From an uncultured Gammaproteobacteria bacterium (GTDB taxonomy: Bacteria; Patescibacteriota; Patescibacteriia; UBA9629), in contig CAYYGX010000003.1 in NCBI GenBank assembly GCA_964471805.1, forward strand, positions 1 through 34,464: 34,464 nucleotides of DNA, in the 5' to 3' direction. Position numbers and translations under genes: made by a program. How positions within the stretch are numbered: position 1 is the stretch's first letter; every line of letters begins with the position of its first letter. The notes beneath the pieces are model-generated. The model saw only the letters and a program-made list of their open reading frames with translations, made no database searches and was not told the origin of the DNA. Below are positions 24,692 to 32,789 of this stretch, one piece after another.

Positions 24692-25423
24692 TTATATCAT
24701 ATCTATTTTTTTCTCAAAGTTTGTTATAAATTCACAAAACTTATAGCCTGTAGCTGTCAAACGAAAATACATGGTTGCCTTAAATCCTGAATTGTCGTTA
24801 TGAGTCACTGGAGAAATCAAACCAAGCGAAATAAGGTTCGGTTCATATTTTTCAACTATAGCAGTGTGAACCTCATAACCCATTTGTTTTGCGATATATG
24901 TGAACCAAACATCGCGGACATAGATTGTGTCTATATTTTGAATTTCCAATTTTGTTTTCTTTTGCGCAATTTCAAAATTAGCTTTCAAAATTAGAATCTC
25001 TGTCGCTCTTAATCTCTTTGCTGTCTGTAAAAACTCATAGGCTAACACTTCCTCGTGTTTAGTGACACCTCTGCTTATACCAGAAAAGAAAATTGACTTT
25101 ATCGCAGTAAATAACTCTTCTTCAGGCACTTCTTCATCTAAAAATTTCAGAAGTTCATACAATAATGCTCTATTTCTGTGAGTAGCAAAATAATCTTCTT
25201 TAATTTTCCCCTGGTTGCGATATTTCTCTATCTCTCTACCAAGTTGTGTAAGCAAATTTCCTTTAATCACTGCTTGTATAATTTTACCAGCGGAAAGTTT
25301 CAAATCTTGTTTTTCGGAAACAAGGATTCTAGTGAGTGCCTCAGCAATTTTTACTGTCGATTCGCGTAAAAATCTCATCACACTTTTCTCGTCATTTAAT
25401 TTTATTGAATTTTTATTTTTCAT
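24692..25423 (-). CDS. Hypothetical 243-aa protein, faintly Abi-alpha/DUF4393-like; first gene of the AT-rich islet
   Basis: ATG at 25423 (MKNKNSIKLNDEKS..). The longer track ORF would overlap secF by about 140 nt. No catalytic motif recognised. Helical, with an acidic patch (LDEEVPEEELF) and ATEILILKANFE, reminiscent of DUF4393. Ends 10 nt before the DUF5678-like gene. Confidence 0.45.
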   Translation of the reverse strand: MKNKNSIKLNDEKSVMRFLRESTVKIAEALTRILVSEKQDLKLSAGKIIQAVIKGNLLTQLGREIEKYRNQGKIKEDYFATHRNRALLYELLKFLDEEVPEEELFTAIKSIFFSGISRGVTKHEEVLAYEFLQTAKRLRATEILILKANFEIAQKKTKLEIQNIDTIYVRDVWFTYIAKQMGYEVHTAIVEKYEPNLISLGLISPVTHNDNSGFKATMYFRLTATGYKFCEFITNFEKKIDMI

Positions 25424-25445
25424 ATTGCGCGAATAAAGAACTATT

Positions 25446-26381
25446 CTATTTTTTTCGTTCCCAGTCGTATAAAAGCGGGGACGCGAGAAAGATTGAAGAG
25501 TACGTCCCAACACTAATGCCGATTGTGAGCGCGAGAGAAAAATAAAATGTTGCTCCGCCGCCGAAGAAGAGCAACGCGAAGAGAACAAGGAGAATTGTGA
25601 GCGAGGTGTTTAATGAACGCACCATTGTGTCGGCAACGCTTTTATTAACGATCACGGCAAGATCATTTTCAAAACGGTTGCGTATCAAATTTTCGCGGAT
25701 GCGGTCAAAAACCACAATTGTGTCGTTTACCGAATATCCGAGCACAAGCAGAATCGCGGCGATAAATGAACTGTCAATTTCAACCTGAAGAAATTTTCCG
25801 AGCACAGCAAAAATGCCAATTGTTATTGAAACATCATGAATAAGCGCGATAATAGCGATGGTTGCGAATTTCCATGCAAGCCCTTTTTGAGACCTGACTT
25901 TTCCGACATGTCTGAATGCCCATGCCACATAGAGCATGATTCCCGAAAGCACGAGAACTAGTTGCAGAAATGCCTTACTCTGCAATTCTTTTCCGATTGT
26001 AGGCCCGACTGACTCAAAACGCTGTTCAGTGATCTTGACGTTTTCTTTAAGCCCGGCTGTTTTCGCGTATACCTGCGCTCCGTTTTGAATAAGAGCCGTT
26101 ACATCTCCATGCTCTTTTTCGCTCAAAGCCCTTAAACGTATGAGAAATCCTGTTCCTGTTTCCTGAACTCGCGCCTCTCCGATTTTTGGTTCGGTCGCGG
26201 TTTCAAGCCATCGTTCAATGTCAACCGCGTGTCCGGCTTCTTTCGGAGTTATCGTGATTTCAAAAAGAGCGCCTCCGGTAAAATCAATGCCGAGATTTAA
26301 ACCAAATAGTATGAGAACTGCTATACTTCCGAGAACCAGAGTGCCGGAAAAAATATAATAAATGATGCGAAATTTTAACAT
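25446..26381 (-). CDS. secF: Protein translocase subunit SecF
   Basis: N-terminal TM, then GIDFTGGALFEI. C-terminal RND-like TM bundle (..HDVSITIGIFAVLG..VVFDRIREN..). Confidence 0.92.
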   Translation of the reverse strand: MLKFRIIYYIFSGTLVLGSIAVLILFGLNLGIDFTGGALFEITITPKEAGHAVDIERWLETATEPKIGEARVQETGTGFLIRLRALSEKEHGDVTALIQNGAQVYAKTAGLKENVKITEQRFESVGPTIGKELQSKAFLQLVLVLSGIMLYVAWAFRHVGKVRSQKGLAWKFATIAIIALIHDVSITIGIFAVLGKFLQVEIDSSFIAAILLVLGYSVNDTIVVFDRIRENLIRNRFENDLAVIVNKSVADTMVRSLNTSLTILLVLFALLFFGGGATFYFSLALTIGISVGTYSSIFLASPLLYDWERKK

Positions 26382-26385
26382 AGAT

Positions 26386-28092
26386 TTAAACTTTTAACTT
26401 TGGAATCCCCCACATCCACCCCCCGCCTTCTCCGCGCCGCGCGATGAATTTCAATAATACTTTAGAAACCGTGATTGCGGTAAACATACTTATCAAAACA
26501 CCGATTGAAAGCGTGATTCCGAATCCTTTAACTAAACTTTCGCCAAGCCATATAAGAACAAAGGCGGTAATGAGAGTTGAGATATTTGAATCCCGAATAG
26601 ACGACCATGCGCGGGAAAATCCCTCGTCAATTGCCGCATGCAAGGTTTTTCCCGCGCGAAGTTCTTCTTTCATGCGTTCAAAAATAAGAACATTTGTGTC
26701 AACCGCCATACCGATAGACATAATAAACCCCGCAATTCCTGATAATGAGAGCACAATCGGAATAAGTTTGAATAACGTAATAATAATGAGCGTGTAAATC
26801 AAAAGAGAAATGGAGGCGACAACGCCGGGCAGGCGGTAGAATGTGATCATAAAAATCACAACAAGAATCATTCCGATGATGCCCGCTAGAAAACTTTGTT
26901 CCACTGCTGATGCCCCAAGCGTTGCGCCCACTTGGTATTGACTAACAATTGAAATTGGCAGAGGAAGCGCGCCTGCGTTTAACCGTTTGGCCAGTTCTTG
27001 GGCTTCCGCCACTGTGAATGTGCCAGTGATGACTGCGCTTCCGCCGGTAATTTTTTGCTGAACTCGGGGAGCTGATATGACATTGCCGTCCAAAAAAATA
27101 GCAACCACCTTATCAACATTTCGCGCTGTAATTTCTTCAAAAAGCCGGGCGCCATCGCTATTGAATTCAAGCGATACAATAGGAAATCCTGTATTTTGAT
27201 CAAATTGCACGCCTGCGCGTTTCAGGTATTCTCCTGAAAGTTGCGTATTTTTCCACTGCTCTCCAGGCTGTTTTGGATCAAGCGATTGACTGCGGAAAAG
27301 AATGTGGCGCCCGCGAACTTCCTCTACAATATCGCTACCATCCTTCTTGTCTCCGCACGGCGCAATCGCATTGTCTTTTTTATTTTTACAATGCGACTCC
27401 ACGCGTCTTATTAGATGATACCCGAATGGCGTTTCCACCACCTCTCCATACATCTCGTTGTTTTTCATTTTTTCAAAGAGCACTGTGTCAAATTCAGGCA
27501 CAAATACTCCTTTTTCCGCAAAATCAAGGTCCCCGCCCTTTTCTTGAGAACCAGGGTCCTCTGAAAATTCCCGCGCTTTTTCCGCAAATTTTTCATCTTC
27601 CGCGCCTTTAAGTTCTTTCAAAAGATTTTCGGCTTTTACTTTTTGTTCTTTGTTAAACTGCGCGCGCGAAGACTTTTCCTCCTCGGTAAGAGGAATCGGC
27701 TCTGCTTGTTCCTTGAATTCTAAAACCGGCGTGTCGCCGATTCGTTCTATGGCCTGTTTAATATCTGTAACGCCAGGGAGTTCAACAATGATGCGATAAC
27801 CTTCCTTTGTTTTGTTTGTCTGCACTAGAGCCTCGCCTACTCCAAGCGCGTTTACTCGTTCTTCAATCACATTTCTCGTTGCCTCAACCGCGGATGAACG
27901 ATCCTGTACATCTATCTTTGAAAGATCTGTCTCATATTCAAGATGGGCTCCGCCAGCAAGATCAAGCCCCAAGTGCAATTTCACTTCTTTTCGTATCCAA
28001 TCAGGCCCTTTTGGATATGTAAAAAGCGCTCCAAAGATTCCGAGCGCGAGAACAAATAATGCCTGAAAGCGAATTTTAGCGGCTGGGGTCAT
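26386..28092 (-). CDS. secD: Protein translocase subunit SecD with embedded parvulin-type PPIase domain
   Basis: SecD hallmarks: LGLDLAGGAHLEY, GDTPVLEFK, VAIFLDGNVISAPRV, GALPLPISIV and the TM bundle (VLIFERMKEE). Residues ~150-270 align by eye to PpiC/Par10: FAEKAREFSEDPGSQEKGGDLDFAEKGVFVPEFDTVLF....TPFGYHLIRRV. Confidence 0.9.
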   Translation of the reverse strand: MTPAAKIRFQALFVLALGIFGALFTYPKGPDWIRKEVKLHLGLDLAGGAHLEYETDLSKIDVQDRSSAVEATRNVIEERVNALGVGEALVQTNKTKEGYRIIVELPGVTDIKQAIERIGDTPVLEFKEQAEPIPLTEEEKSSRAQFNKEQKVKAENLLKELKGAEDEKFAEKAREFSEDPGSQEKGGDLDFAEKGVFVPEFDTVLFEKMKNNEMYGEVVETPFGYHLIRRVESHCKNKKDNAIAPCGDKKDGSDIVEEVRGRHILFRSQSLDPKQPGEQWKNTQLSGEYLKRAGVQFDQNTGFPIVSLEFNSDGARLFEEITARNVDKVVAIFLDGNVISAPRVQQKITGGSAVITGTFTVAEAQELAKRLNAGALPLPISIVSQYQVGATLGASAVEQSFLAGIIGMILVVIFMITFYRLPGVVASISLLIYTLIIITLFKLIPIVLSLSGIAGFIMSIGMAVDTNVLIFERMKEELRAGKTLHAAIDEGFSRAWSSIRDSNISTLITAFVLIWLGESLVKGFGITLSIGVLISMFTAITVSKVLLKFIARRGEGGGWMWGIPKLKV

Positions 28093-28098
28093 GAGTAT

Positions 28099-28293
28099 TT
28101 ATTGTTTACGTATTGGCATAAGGCCAAGATCTTTACAAATTTTATTCGCTAAAAAATTATCTATTTCACTATGACGCGGTATAGTTGAAGTAGGGTTGGT
28201 AATGGGATTGTAGAAAACAGAATGCCTCTTTCCTTCGCGGAATAAGAGGCATTTATGATTTTGCAAATAAACAATCAATGCGCGGCGGTTCAT
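28099..28293 (-). CDS. hicA: HicA-family toxin (mRNA interferase)
   Basis: 64 aa. ..REGKRHSVFYNP......IPRHSEI....ANKICKDLGL is the HicA pattern (GSH.....vP.H.ei......I.k.lgi). Confidence 0.75.
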   Translation of the reverse strand: MNRRALIVYLQNHKCLLFREGKRHSVFYNPITNPTSTIPRHSEIDNFLANKICKDLGLMPIRKQ

Positions 28294-28299
28294 ACATAT

Positions 28300-28533
28300 T
28301 CAAGCAAATGTAGAGATCCTTATTTTGAACGGTTCGCGAATACTTTTATATTTTTCTATATTGCGTGAGAATATTCTATTTGTTTCTAAAATGAGCGATA
28401 GCGCTTCTTGTAAACTCGCCTCTACTTCTCGTTTTGTTTTTCCTTGCGCATTAACACCCGGAATTTCCTCAATCCAAGCAATGTAATAGTCATTTCGTTT
28501 TTGGTATACTGCGGTAAATTCACGTGTTGTCAT
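28300..28533 (-). CDS. hicB: HicB-family antitoxin (UPF0150-like)
   Basis: FTAVYQKRNDYYIAWIEEIPGVNAQGKTKREVEASLQEALSLILE is the typical HicB N-terminal domain. The ATG at 28533 is preferred; the track start at 28539 is a GTG. Confidence 0.7.
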   Translation of the reverse strand: MTTREFTAVYQKRNDYYIAWIEEIPGVNAQGKTKREVEASLQEALSLILETNRIFSRNIEKYKSIREPFKIRISTFA

Positions 28534-28598
28534 AAGCACATTATTATTGTAGCGGTTACTCTATCAAATGATTTTATGATTGGCAAGTTTTAGAGGAA

Positions 28599-29105
28599 TT
28601 ATCCGCCATACTTTTCAACCAGCCACTGCGCGATATATCCTTTGTATTTTTCCCTGACCGATGGAGGCATATTGTCATACGCGCCAATAATTTTACGGCA
28701 CGATTTAGAACCGCATTTACACTCCATTCTCCAGTCGCTGTTCTCTGTCATTTCATAATCATAAGTTAATTCTTCGCCTTTTTTTATGTCGCGCATTGCC
28801 ACAATCTGAAAGTTACCCTTAACGCCGCAGTTCGGTTCGCAGGAATGATTGATATAACACCCATTACTTTGATAATCAATCCATTTATGCTCTTCAAACT
28901 GCACAGCATAATCAGCAATTTCTTTTGGTAATTCACTGCATTTTTTTGCGGAGTAAACATTCCCAGGGGAAAAATCATCAACTATTTCTTCTTTTTTAAT
29001 ATCTTCGGACGCAAATAATCCCAGCCCGTACTTTCCTGTCTCTTTAATCTCTACTTTTGTATTTCTTTCTTCTCTTTGTTCTAAATTTTCAATATTATTT
29101 CCCAT
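28599..29105 (-). CDS. SET-domain protein lysine methyltransferase with post-SET Cys cluster
   Basis: Motifs GLGLFA, NHSCEPNC, ELTYDY and post-SET CKCGSKSC. Two in-frame ATGs (29150 and 29105), and both overlap the 3' end of secA (by 56 or 11 nt). Confidence 0.8.
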   Translation of the reverse strand: MGNNIENLEQREERNTKVEIKETGKYGLGLFASEDIKKEEIVDDFSPGNVYSAKKCSELPKEIADYAVQFEEHKWIDYQSNGCYINHSCEPNCGVKGNFQIVAMRDIKKGEELTYDYEMTENSDWRMECKCGSKSCRKIIGAYDNMPPSVREKYKGYIAQWLVEKYGG

Positions 29106-31704
29106 GGCACTTCTTATATTTTTTTCCGCTTCCGCACCAGCACGGTTCATTTCGGCCTAGTTTTGTTCCGGTTTTAGGTAGAACTTCTTGAGTTTGCAGT
29201 ATTGGCGCTGGCCCTTGCGCATTCGTTTGATAGTGAATAAAAATTTTATAGATACTGCCAGTGACCTGCCGCTCAATTTCCCGTGTTAAGGCTTTATACA
29301 TAGAAAACGCCTCGCGTTTGTATTCCACAAGCGGATCTCTCTGGCCATAACCGCGCAACCCTATTCCAACGCGCAAATACTCAATCGCATCCAAGTGCGC
29401 GACCCATAAAGTATCAATTGTCCGCAAGAGAAGAGTTTTTTCTATGTGTTTTTTAACTTCAGCGTTCAAATGCAAACCGTAATCGTCATACTGCGCTTTA
29501 GAGAGCTCATATATTTCCCTAGCTACTCGCTCCCTGTCGGCTTCAAAATTTACAACTTGTAATTTATAATTTGTAATTTCAAGAGGAATGCCTGCCAACA
29601 CCCGTTTTAATTCCTCCATATTATTTCCAAATTCTATAAGCGCCTGCTCTATTTCCGCGCGCACCATATCTAAAATTATTGGCTGAAGCGGTTCATCGCG
29701 TTCAAACGCTTGTAAAATATCGTTCCGTCGGCCGTAAATTGTCGCGCGTTGTTTGTTGATTACGTCATCATATTCAACAAGATGTTTACGGATGTCAAAG
29801 TTGTGCCCTTCAACGCGTTCCTGCGCCTTTTCAATTGACCTTGAGATCATCTTATTTTCAATCGGCATATCTTCAGGAAGGCCTAGCCGATCCATAATGT
29901 TTTTCACCCGTTCGCCGCCGAAAATTCTCATAAGATCATCTTCAAGCGAGATAAAAAATTGAGATTCGCCGGCGTCCCCCTGCCTGCCGCTTCTCCCGCG
30001 CAGTTGATTGTCAATTCTGCGCGCTTCGTGCCGCTCGGAGCCAAACACGCACAATCCGCCAAGCCGCCGCACCTCTTTTGAAACTTCATCATCCGGCGGG
30101 TTTCCGCCCAAAATAATATCAACCCCGCGGCCTGCCATATTTGTTGCGAGCGTTACAGCCTTTAACCGCCCGGCTTGCGCGATTGTCTCGGCCTCGCGCT
30201 CATGCTGTTTTGCATTCAAAATATTGTGCGGCACGCCGACTTTTGTTAAAAGCTCGCTCAATAATTCATTTTTTTCAATGGAAATCGTGCCGATTAAAAC
30301 CGGTTGCCCGCGTTTATACTTTTCCTTAACAGAGCCCACAAGCGCGCGAAATTTTCCGCGTTCGTTTTTATAAACAACGTCCCGCTTATCGGCGCGAATC
30401 ATCGGGCGGTTGGTCGGAATCTGCGTTACATGCAAATTATAAATTTTGTGAAACTCCTCTGCTTCTGTCGCGGCAGTGCCTGTCATTCCAGAAAGTTTAG
30501 CGTACATGCGGAAATAATTCTGAATCGTAATTGTCGCAAGAGTGTGCGACTCTTCTTTAACAGGCACATCTTCCTTTGCTTCAATCGCCTGATGCAGTCC
30601 TTGCGAGTACCGTCTTCCGCGCATGAGCCTGCCTGTAAACTGATCAACAATAATCACCTGCCCATCTTTTACCATATAATCTTTGTCTTTCTTATAAAGA
30701 AACTGCGCCTTCAGCGATTGATCAAGATGAAACGCGAGCGTTACGTCTTCGGTATAGATGTTTGGAACGCCAAGCAGTCGTTCCATTTTTGCGATTCCCT
30801 CATCAGTCAAAGAAACCGCGTGCCGTTCTTCGTCAACGCTAAAGTCTGTAGTAACTGCGAGCATAGTAACGAGCCGCGCGAATTTTTTGTAGAGGTCCGC
30901 GGATTTTCTGTCCGGCGCGGAGATGATAAGCGGAGTTCTCGCTTCATCAATTAATATAGAATCAACTTCATCAATAATGGCGTAATAATGCCCGCGCTGA
31001 ACTTTTTGGCTCATCTCATAAACCATGTTGTCTCGCAAATAATCAAAACCAAATTCGCTGTTGATGCCGTAAATGATGTCGGCGCGATACGCCTCTCTCC
31101 TTTCTAAAGGGCGTAAAAAATCCATATCAACCTTAAACGCGTGAGTGTCTGATTGCTCTTCTTCCTCGTCTTTGCGCGCTTCGCGATCATAAATTAGCGC
31201 TTTTCCCTGTTGTTGGAGGCAGGATGTCGCGAGCCCTAAAAAGTTGTAAATGCGCCCCATCCATGAGGTGTCGCGCCGCGCAAGATAGTCGTTTACAGTA
31301 ACGATGTGAACGCCCATGCCCATAAGGGAATTCAAATATGCCGGAAGCGTGGCGGCGAGCGTTTTTCCTTCGCCTGTTTTCATCTCCGCGATGTTTCCTT
31401 CATGGAGCGTGTAACCGCCCATAATCTGCGCGTCGTAATGGCGCTGTCCCAAAGTTCGCTTTGATGCCTCTCGCACAGCAGAAAACGCCTGCAAGAGAAT
31501 TTGTTCTAGTTGCGCGCGTTTTTCTTCAATAGATGAAAATTGCGCGAGATCCTCTTTCCACTTTACAGTTAAAGCCGCGATTTCTTCATCGCTTTTCTTT
31601 TCAAATTCCGGTTCCAGTTTGTTTACTTCACTCGCGATCTCTCCAAGTTTTTTGATAACTTTGGCATTCGGATCGCCTAAAAATTTTTTTAGGATGGATG
31701 ACAT
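29095..31704 (-). CDS. secA: Preprotein translocase ATPase SecA
   Basis: 869 aa. Walker A MKTGEGKTL. DEVD box IIDEVDSILIDEA. C-terminal zinc motif CWCGSGKKYKKCHGK. Confidence 0.95.
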   Translation of the reverse strand: MSSILKKFLGDPNAKVIKKLGEIASEVNKLEPEFEKKSDEEIAALTVKWKEDLAQFSSIEEKRAQLEQILLQAFSAVREASKRTLGQRHYDAQIMGGYTLHEGNIAEMKTGEGKTLAATLPAYLNSLMGMGVHIVTVNDYLARRDTSWMGRIYNFLGLATSCLQQQGKALIYDREARKDEEEEQSDTHAFKVDMDFLRPLERREAYRADIIYGINSEFGFDYLRDNMVYEMSQKVQRGHYYAIIDEVDSILIDEARTPLIISAPDRKSADLYKKFARLVTMLAVTTDFSVDEERHAVSLTDEGIAKMERLLGVPNIYTEDVTLAFHLDQSLKAQFLYKKDKDYMVKDGQVIIVDQFTGRLMRGRRYSQGLHQAIEAKEDVPVKEESHTLATITIQNYFRMYAKLSGMTGTAATEAEEFHKIYNLHVTQIPTNRPMIRADKRDVVYKNERGKFRALVGSVKEKYKRGQPVLIGTISIEKNELLSELLTKVGVPHNILNAKQHEREAETIAQAGRLKAVTLATNMAGRGVDIILGGNPPDDEVSKEVRRLGGLCVFGSERHEARRIDNQLRGRSGRQGDAGESQFFISLEDDLMRIFGGERVKNIMDRLGLPEDMPIENKMISRSIEKAQERVEGHNFDIRKHLVEYDDVINKQRATIYGRRNDILQAFERDEPLQPIILDMVRAEIEQALIEFGNNMEELKRVLAGIPLEITNYKLQVVNFEADRERVAREIYELSKAQYDDYGLHLNAEVKKHIEKTLLLRTIDTLWVAHLDAIEYLRVGIGLRGYGQRDPLVEYKREAFSMYKALTREIERQVTGSIYKIFIHYQTNAQGPAPILQTQEVLPKTGTKLGRNEPCWCGSGKKYKKCHGK

Positions 31705-32789
31705 AAAATATTTTCAATAAACTCCTTTATCTCTCGCTTAAACCTCTCAACTCCAAACCGCTCGGCGCGTTCTTTGATTTTCGCGTAATCAAATTTTTGA
31801 TTTTGAAAATGCACCACGGCGTTTGCGAGCGACTCCCAACACTGCTCATCAAAAAACATTCCGGTCGCGCCTTCTTCAATTGTCTCAAGCGCGCCGCCGC
31901 CGCGATACGCAATCACAGGAGTTCCGGCGGCCATAGCCTCAACTGCCGTGATGCCAAAATCCTCTTCCTGCGGATGAATGAGCGCTCGAGCATGCCCTAT
32001 AATATCATTTTTTTGGCTTACGTCCAGAATCTCGCCTAAGAACTCAATGTTGCTGTTGGCTTTTTTTTTCAAATAACTCATTTCCCATCCGCCGCCGATT
32101 ATTTTCAAAGGCAACCTCATTTCATTAAAAGCTTCTATCGCAAGATCAACTCGTTTATATGGCCGAAGCCGCGAAACCACCGCAAAATAATTTTTCTTTT
32201 CGCGCGCAAGCGCGTACTTATCTGTTTCAACCGGAGGATAAATAACTGTTGCGTCGCGATGATAAAATCGCTTGATGCGTTTAGCCACAAAATTGCTGTT
32301 TGCAAGAAATGCGTCCACCCGTTGCGCCGCCTGAAAATCCCAAAGGCGCAAGTACGTGAGAAGCGGCGGGAGAAATTTTTTCACGATCGCGTTTCGGTTC
32401 TGAAGCTCAACGATATATTCCCATGAGTCGGACCACAAGTAACGCGTCGGCGTGTGGCAGTAGCAGATATGAATCGCGCCGACGTCGGTAATGACTCCTT
32501 TTGAAAACGCTGACGAATCCGAAAGCACAACGTCGTATCCTTTTAAGTTTAAGGATTCAACCGCAGTCGGCATAAGAGGCAGAAACCATTTAAGATGTTT
32601 CTGCGCGAGTCTCTGATTTTGTAAAAATGACCCGGTAATTTTTGTTCCGCTGAAAAATTTCTCGGCCATTGCTGGATCATATAAAATCGTAAAAACTGGA
32701 GCGCCAGGAAACATTTCTGTAAATGTCTTGAGCGCCTTCTCGGCTCCTCCGATTTGATTTAAGTGATCGTGAACTAGGGCAATGTTCAT
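31689..32789 (-). CDS. GT4-family glycosyltransferase
   Basis: MNIALVHDHLNQIGGAEK N-terminus. C-terminal donor-binding region EDFGITAVEAMAAGTPVIAYRGGGALETIEEG. ATG at 32789 forms an ATGA overlap with the upstream gene's stop. Confidence 0.8.
   Translation of the reverse strand: MNIALVHDHLNQIGGAEKALKTFTEMFPGAPVFTILYDPAMAEKFFSGTKITGSFLQNQRLAQKHLKWFLPLMPTAVESLNLKGYDVVLSDSSAFSKGVITDVGAIHICYCHTPTRYLWSDSWEYIVELQNRNAIVKKFLPPLLTYLRLWDFQAAQRVDAFLANSNFVAKRIKRFYHRDATVIYPPVETDKYALAREKKNYFAVVSRLRPYKRVDLAIEAFNEMRLPLKIIGGGWEMSYLKKKANSNIEFLGEILDVSQKNDIIGHARALIHPQEEDFGITAVEAMAAGTPVIAYRGGGALETIEEGATGMFFDEQCWESLANAVVHFQNQKFDYAKIKERAERFGVERFKREIKEFIENILCHPS

Noticed and set aside
25424-25588. Upstream extension of the 243-aa hypothetical gene to 25588
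   Set aside because: It would overlap the secF 3' end by about 140 nt, with a Ser/Arg-rich sequence. The ATG at 25423 lies 22 nt after the secF stop.
30304-30954. 216-aa plus-strand ORF, and similar 100-150-aa plus-strand ORFs at 11595-12047, 20776-21225, 21948-22394 and 22904-23359
   Set aside because: They are entirely antisense to strongly supported genes (secA, uvrB, rplA, P-type ATPase), with no recognisable motifs and odd composition. They are shadow ORFs.
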